DNA from: a virus
Virus genome (UHGV): UHGV-0346409
DNA length: 44,226 nucleotides
Strand: one strand, 5' to 3'
A program made the position numbers and the translations under genes. Below the pieces are notes generated by a model that had not been told where the DNA came from, ran no database searches, and saw nothing but the letters and a program-made list of their open reading frames with translations. Below are positions 41,720-44,226 of this stretch, in pieces. How positions within the stretch are numbered: position 1 is the first letter of the stretch; the number at the start of each line of letters is the position of its first letter.

Positions 41720-42763
41720 ATGAGTGATTACGTAAATACTGGCGTGGAGGCGTGGAAACCTAATTTTTATATATCTGCTGATAATAAAAACATCACGGAT
41801 AAAATAAGAAAAGGTTTGATCAATATCACGCTGACAGATTACGGCGGTTCCAGTAAACAGACAGACGAACTCCGCGTAGCAATAGTTTCTGAAACTCTGA
41901 AAATTCCGGCCCGTGGAGTGAAAATTAGCATTGGGCTCGGTTTCGGTAATCAGATAATTGATAAAGGCATATACATCGTTGACGGTGCTAGCAGTGGCGG
42001 TGAACCCCGGGTAGTTGATTTCACAGCAAAAGCGGCTCCGATGAACGCGGCAAAGGGCTCTCCAACAGTTCAGAGCAAAAAGACGCGCTCATGGAGCGAC
42101 GTCACCGTCAGCGATATCGTTGCGACAATAGCGAGCGATAACGGGCTAAAACCTCGCGTATCAAAGCGGTTTGCAGACAACATTATCACGCAGCTCGATC
42201 AAGTCGGTGAGTCAGATATGCACCTGATGTCGAGACTAGCAACACGATTCGATGCGGTGAGCAAACCCGCAGGAGGGTACTGGATATTCCTGCCGCGTGG
42301 CGCGGGCGAATCTGTTAACGGAGCACCGCTTCTGCACTACACGCTCACGCGTCGTGATAACTCCAGCTGGGGTTATTCGAGAAATGGACAAAACGGCGAT
42401 AGTGGCGGAGGTGGCGAAAATTCGGAGCCGACATATCTGATCAAATACCACGATACGGCAACAGGGCAGATCAAGGAGCTGCGCACAGGCAGTGGTGGTG
42501 ATCCTGTCATTGAATGGCCGGCAGTTGAGCCGTCGCTCGACGCAGCGAAAGAGGCCGCGCCGGGGCTAAAAGGAGGTGCGGCTAAAAAAGAGTTTTCCAT
42601 GACGTACACAACGCCAGCAACGCTCGATTTAGTATCGCTGACTGCAGAATGCAAAGTCACAACACAAGGGTTCGGGACAGAGGAGGACCGAGACTGGACA
42701 ATCAATACGTTGACGCTGACGCTGGCTGAAAACGGATTCTCTGCGCGACTGTCGCTGGAGTAA
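41720..42763 (+). CDS. Late control / tail protein D (P2 gpD-like)
   Basis: 347 aa, in the position after gpX. Confidence 0.8.
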   Translation: MSDYVNTGVEAWKPNFYISADNKNITDKIRKGLINITLTDYGGSSKQTDELRVAIVSETLKIPARGVKISIGLGFGNQIIDKGIYIVDGASSGGEPRVVDFTAKAAPMNAAKGSPTVQSKKTRSWSDVTVSDIVATIASDNGLKPRVSKRFADNIITQLDQVGESDMHLMSRLATRFDAVSKPAGGYWIFLPRGAGESVNGAPLLHYTLTRRDNSSWGYSRNGQNGDSGGGGENSEPTYLIKYHDTATGQIKELRTGSGGDPVIEWPAVEPSLDAAKEAAPGLKGGAAKKEFSMTYTTPATLDLVSLTAECKVTTQGFGTEEDRDWTINTLTLTLAENGFSARLSLE

Positions 42764-42768
42764 ATGAA

Positions 42769-43779
42769 ATGGCAATAATATCGGGTGTATACGCAAATGG
42801 GGTCGGCGAGCCCGTTGTCGGCGTTCAGTTAGTATTAACAGCACGGGTCACGAGTTCACGCGTAGTAATGACCACTGTTGTAGAGCAAGAAACAGGCGCG
42901 GCGGGTGAGTACAAATTTGATATGAATCCCGGAGTTTACGTTGTCACTGCTAGTGCGGCATATCTCGGCGTGATTAACGTTAACCCGGACAGTGTTGACG
43001 GCACGTTAAACGACTATTTGACTAATTTTAGCGCAGACGAACTGACGCCAGCTGCGTTGGCGGAGATTCAAGAGCTAGTATCGGCTGCGAAAAATGCTGC
43101 AGCAGCAGCAGACGCCAGCGCCAGTGCGGCGCACACATCTGAAACTAACAGCGCGAACAGCGCAGCAGCAGCAGCAGCGGCAGCCGCCAGTCTTGACTCG
43201 TCAAAATTCGCAAAACTCGATAAGGAAAATGAATTTCTGGAAAAAAACAAATTCAAAAAATTGGCGACATTTTTGTTGGGTGCCACGTTTGACTCACCGG
43301 CGACATTTAATAACAATATCCAGATAGGGAAAAATTCAGCAGGCAACACAAATACAGCATCATGCTATACTGACTTTGATTTATACTTCGGTCGTTCTGT
43401 CCGAATTTATTCCACTACAGTTGACGGGGTCAAAAAAAACGGTCAATTAGCATTTTGGAGTCCCGGAGGAATATTTCCTGACGCATATATAGAACGCAAG
43501 GAAAATTCTTATTTGCAGATTTACGATCACAACGCCTCTAGCCTAAAAATTGACTTTCCCTACGGTGCTGCAAATGGTCTGCAATACGTTGGGGCTGATA
43601 GGATTGCCCGATCAATATTTCATGATGGGCATCTCCCGCCCGCAGCAGCTGTAGTGAGTAAACTACCCACAGGAGCAGAACCTAAGACCGCGTTTTACTT
43701 CATCAGCGGAGACGAAAAACTTTATTTTGCATACGGAAATAAAAAATATTATATACCCGTGATCATTGATGATGATTGA
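42769..43779 (+). CDS. Second tail fibre protein with a lambda Stf-type N-terminal domain
   Basis: ISGVYANGVGEPVVGVQLVL...GVYVVTAS...GTLNDYL plus an Ala/Ser-rich linker parallels the prophage tail fibre N-terminal domain of lambda Stf. Confidence 0.7.
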   Translation: MAIISGVYANGVGEPVVGVQLVLTARVTSSRVVMTTVVEQETGAAGEYKFDMNPGVYVVTASAAYLGVINVNPDSVDGTLNDYLTNFSADELTPAALAEIQELVSAAKNAAAAADASASAAHTSETNSANSAAAAAAAAASLDSSKFAKLDKENEFLEKNKFKKLATFLLGATFDSPATFNNNIQIGKNSAGNTNTASCYTDFDLYFGRSVRIYSTTVDGVKKNGQLAFWSPGGIFPDAYIERKENSYLQIYDHNASSLKIDFPYGAANGLQYVGADRIARSIFHDGHLPPAAAVVSKLPTGAEPKTAFYFISGDEKLYFAYGNKKYYIPVIIDDD

Positions 43780-44127
43780 TTTTGTAACGACAGAGGATCA
43801 TGCTACGTAACATGAAAATTTTCATCACCGATCTACAAAAAGCAGAGCTTGAACGTCTTCGCGATACCAGTTGTGACAGGCGGGCAAGGTGACAGCGGAT
43901 TGTCCGCTGATATACCGTGTATGATACGGGTCAAACGATGAAAATGGCATTCACCCAACTGCGTTTTAACTGTGTTGGGATATGCGATTTTATTCGTATA
44001 TCCCTTGGGGCAATTGACGATACTGCCAAATGACCATTATTTTACGCGTGGCCTTGATGTTGTGCACATGAGAGATTTATATTCTTTCAAACCTGATTAT
44101 ACCATTGATTTAATTATACTTTAGTAT

Positions 44128-44204
44128 GGTCTCGAAAACCGGAGTAGGGGCAACTCTACCGGGGGTTCAAATCCCCCTCTCTCCGCCACTTTATCAATGA
44201 CTTA
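44128..44204. repeat. attR core (displaced 3' tRNA-Ser fragment)
   Basis: Identical to 123..199. It lacks the 5' part of the tRNA, so it is a partial copy. Confidence 0.9.
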
Positions 44205-44226
44205 TCTCCCGACTTCCCGCCTTGCT

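Larger units (their letters stand above)
123..44204. mobile_element. Integrated temperate prophage (lambda-like heads, P2/Mu-like contractile tail), about 44.1 kb, bounded by attL/attR
   Basis: Exact 77-bp direct repeat at both ends. Integrase lies next to the tRNA. Full set of lysogeny, replication, lysis, packaging, head and tail genes. Confidence 0.92.

Noticed and set aside
43090-43200. GCA/GCC-rich run that looks like a microsatellite
   Set aside because: It is in frame within the second fibre gene and encodes the Ala/Ser-rich linker typical of Stf-like fibres. It is not a perfect tandem repeat.
43820-43912. 30-aa ORF (MLRNMKIFITDLQKAELERLRDTSCDRRAR) near attR, vaguely like the N-terminus of an IS630-type transposase
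   Set aside because: It is too short, with no downstream transposase body or inverted repeats, and the resemblance is generic (helical, Arg/Glu-rich). It more likely lies in the attP arm region holding integrase and accessory binding sites.
1-44226. CRISPR arrays, rRNA genes, intact IS elements, retron or DGR reverse transcriptases
   Set aside because: No regularly spaced short repeats, no rRNA-like sequence, and no transposase- or RT-like translations appear in the ORF track or in my reading of the intergenic regions.

Overview
The window is almost entirely one complete-looking temperate prophage of about 44.1 kb (123..44204). It is integrated into the 3' half of an enterobacterial tRNA-Ser(CGA) gene (serU-like) and bounded by an exact 77-bp attL/attR repeat. 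Only about 120 bp (left) and 22 bp (right) of host DNA are visible.

Layout, left to right:
- integrase and an excisionase-like gene;
- minus-strand early-left recombination genes (Gp157-like, plus a 740-aa protein with a Rad52/Sak-like C-terminus);
- an ORF-free, hairpin-dense leader of about 840 nt;
- candidate PL/OL, a short cI-like HTH repressor with no peptidase domain, three OR operators, and a Cro/YdaS-like gene;
- a ydaT/CII-like gene interrupted by an in-frame amber codon;
- a replication module (O-like initiator with four internal iterons, DnaB-type helicase) and small nin-like genes;
- an ORF6N antirepressor-like gene;
- an AT-rich accessory island (about 12.4-18.0 kb) holding a DUF1311 lipoprotein, a T5orf172/GIY-YIG-like protein, small orphans, and an ImmA/IrrE-protease + 2-TM-protein operon;
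- a LexA-boxed promoter driving an unlisted 59-aa ORF, followed by DUF1367, YbcO-like and Q-like genes;
- PR'/tR', a lysis cassette and a second small moron cluster;
- lambda-type packaging and head genes (Nu1, A, W, B, C, D, E, FI, FII-like);
- a P2/Mu-type contractile tail and baseplate module, with a superinfection-immunity-like membrane gene embedded antisense between gpU and gpX, and a second fibre gene next to attR.

The best candidates for something new are:
- the long structured early-left leader, which has a T-arm-like hairpin, a terminator and repeated GGAAAGAC motifs, with no N-like gene nearby;
- the ImmA/IrrE + membrane-protein operon, with the diverged 80-bp repeats that bracket the neighbouring cargo;
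- the SOS-controlled small ORF paired with a non-cleavable repressor.

I saw no rRNA, CRISPR array or intact IS element. All family assignments come from reading the translations and from memory; no database search was run.
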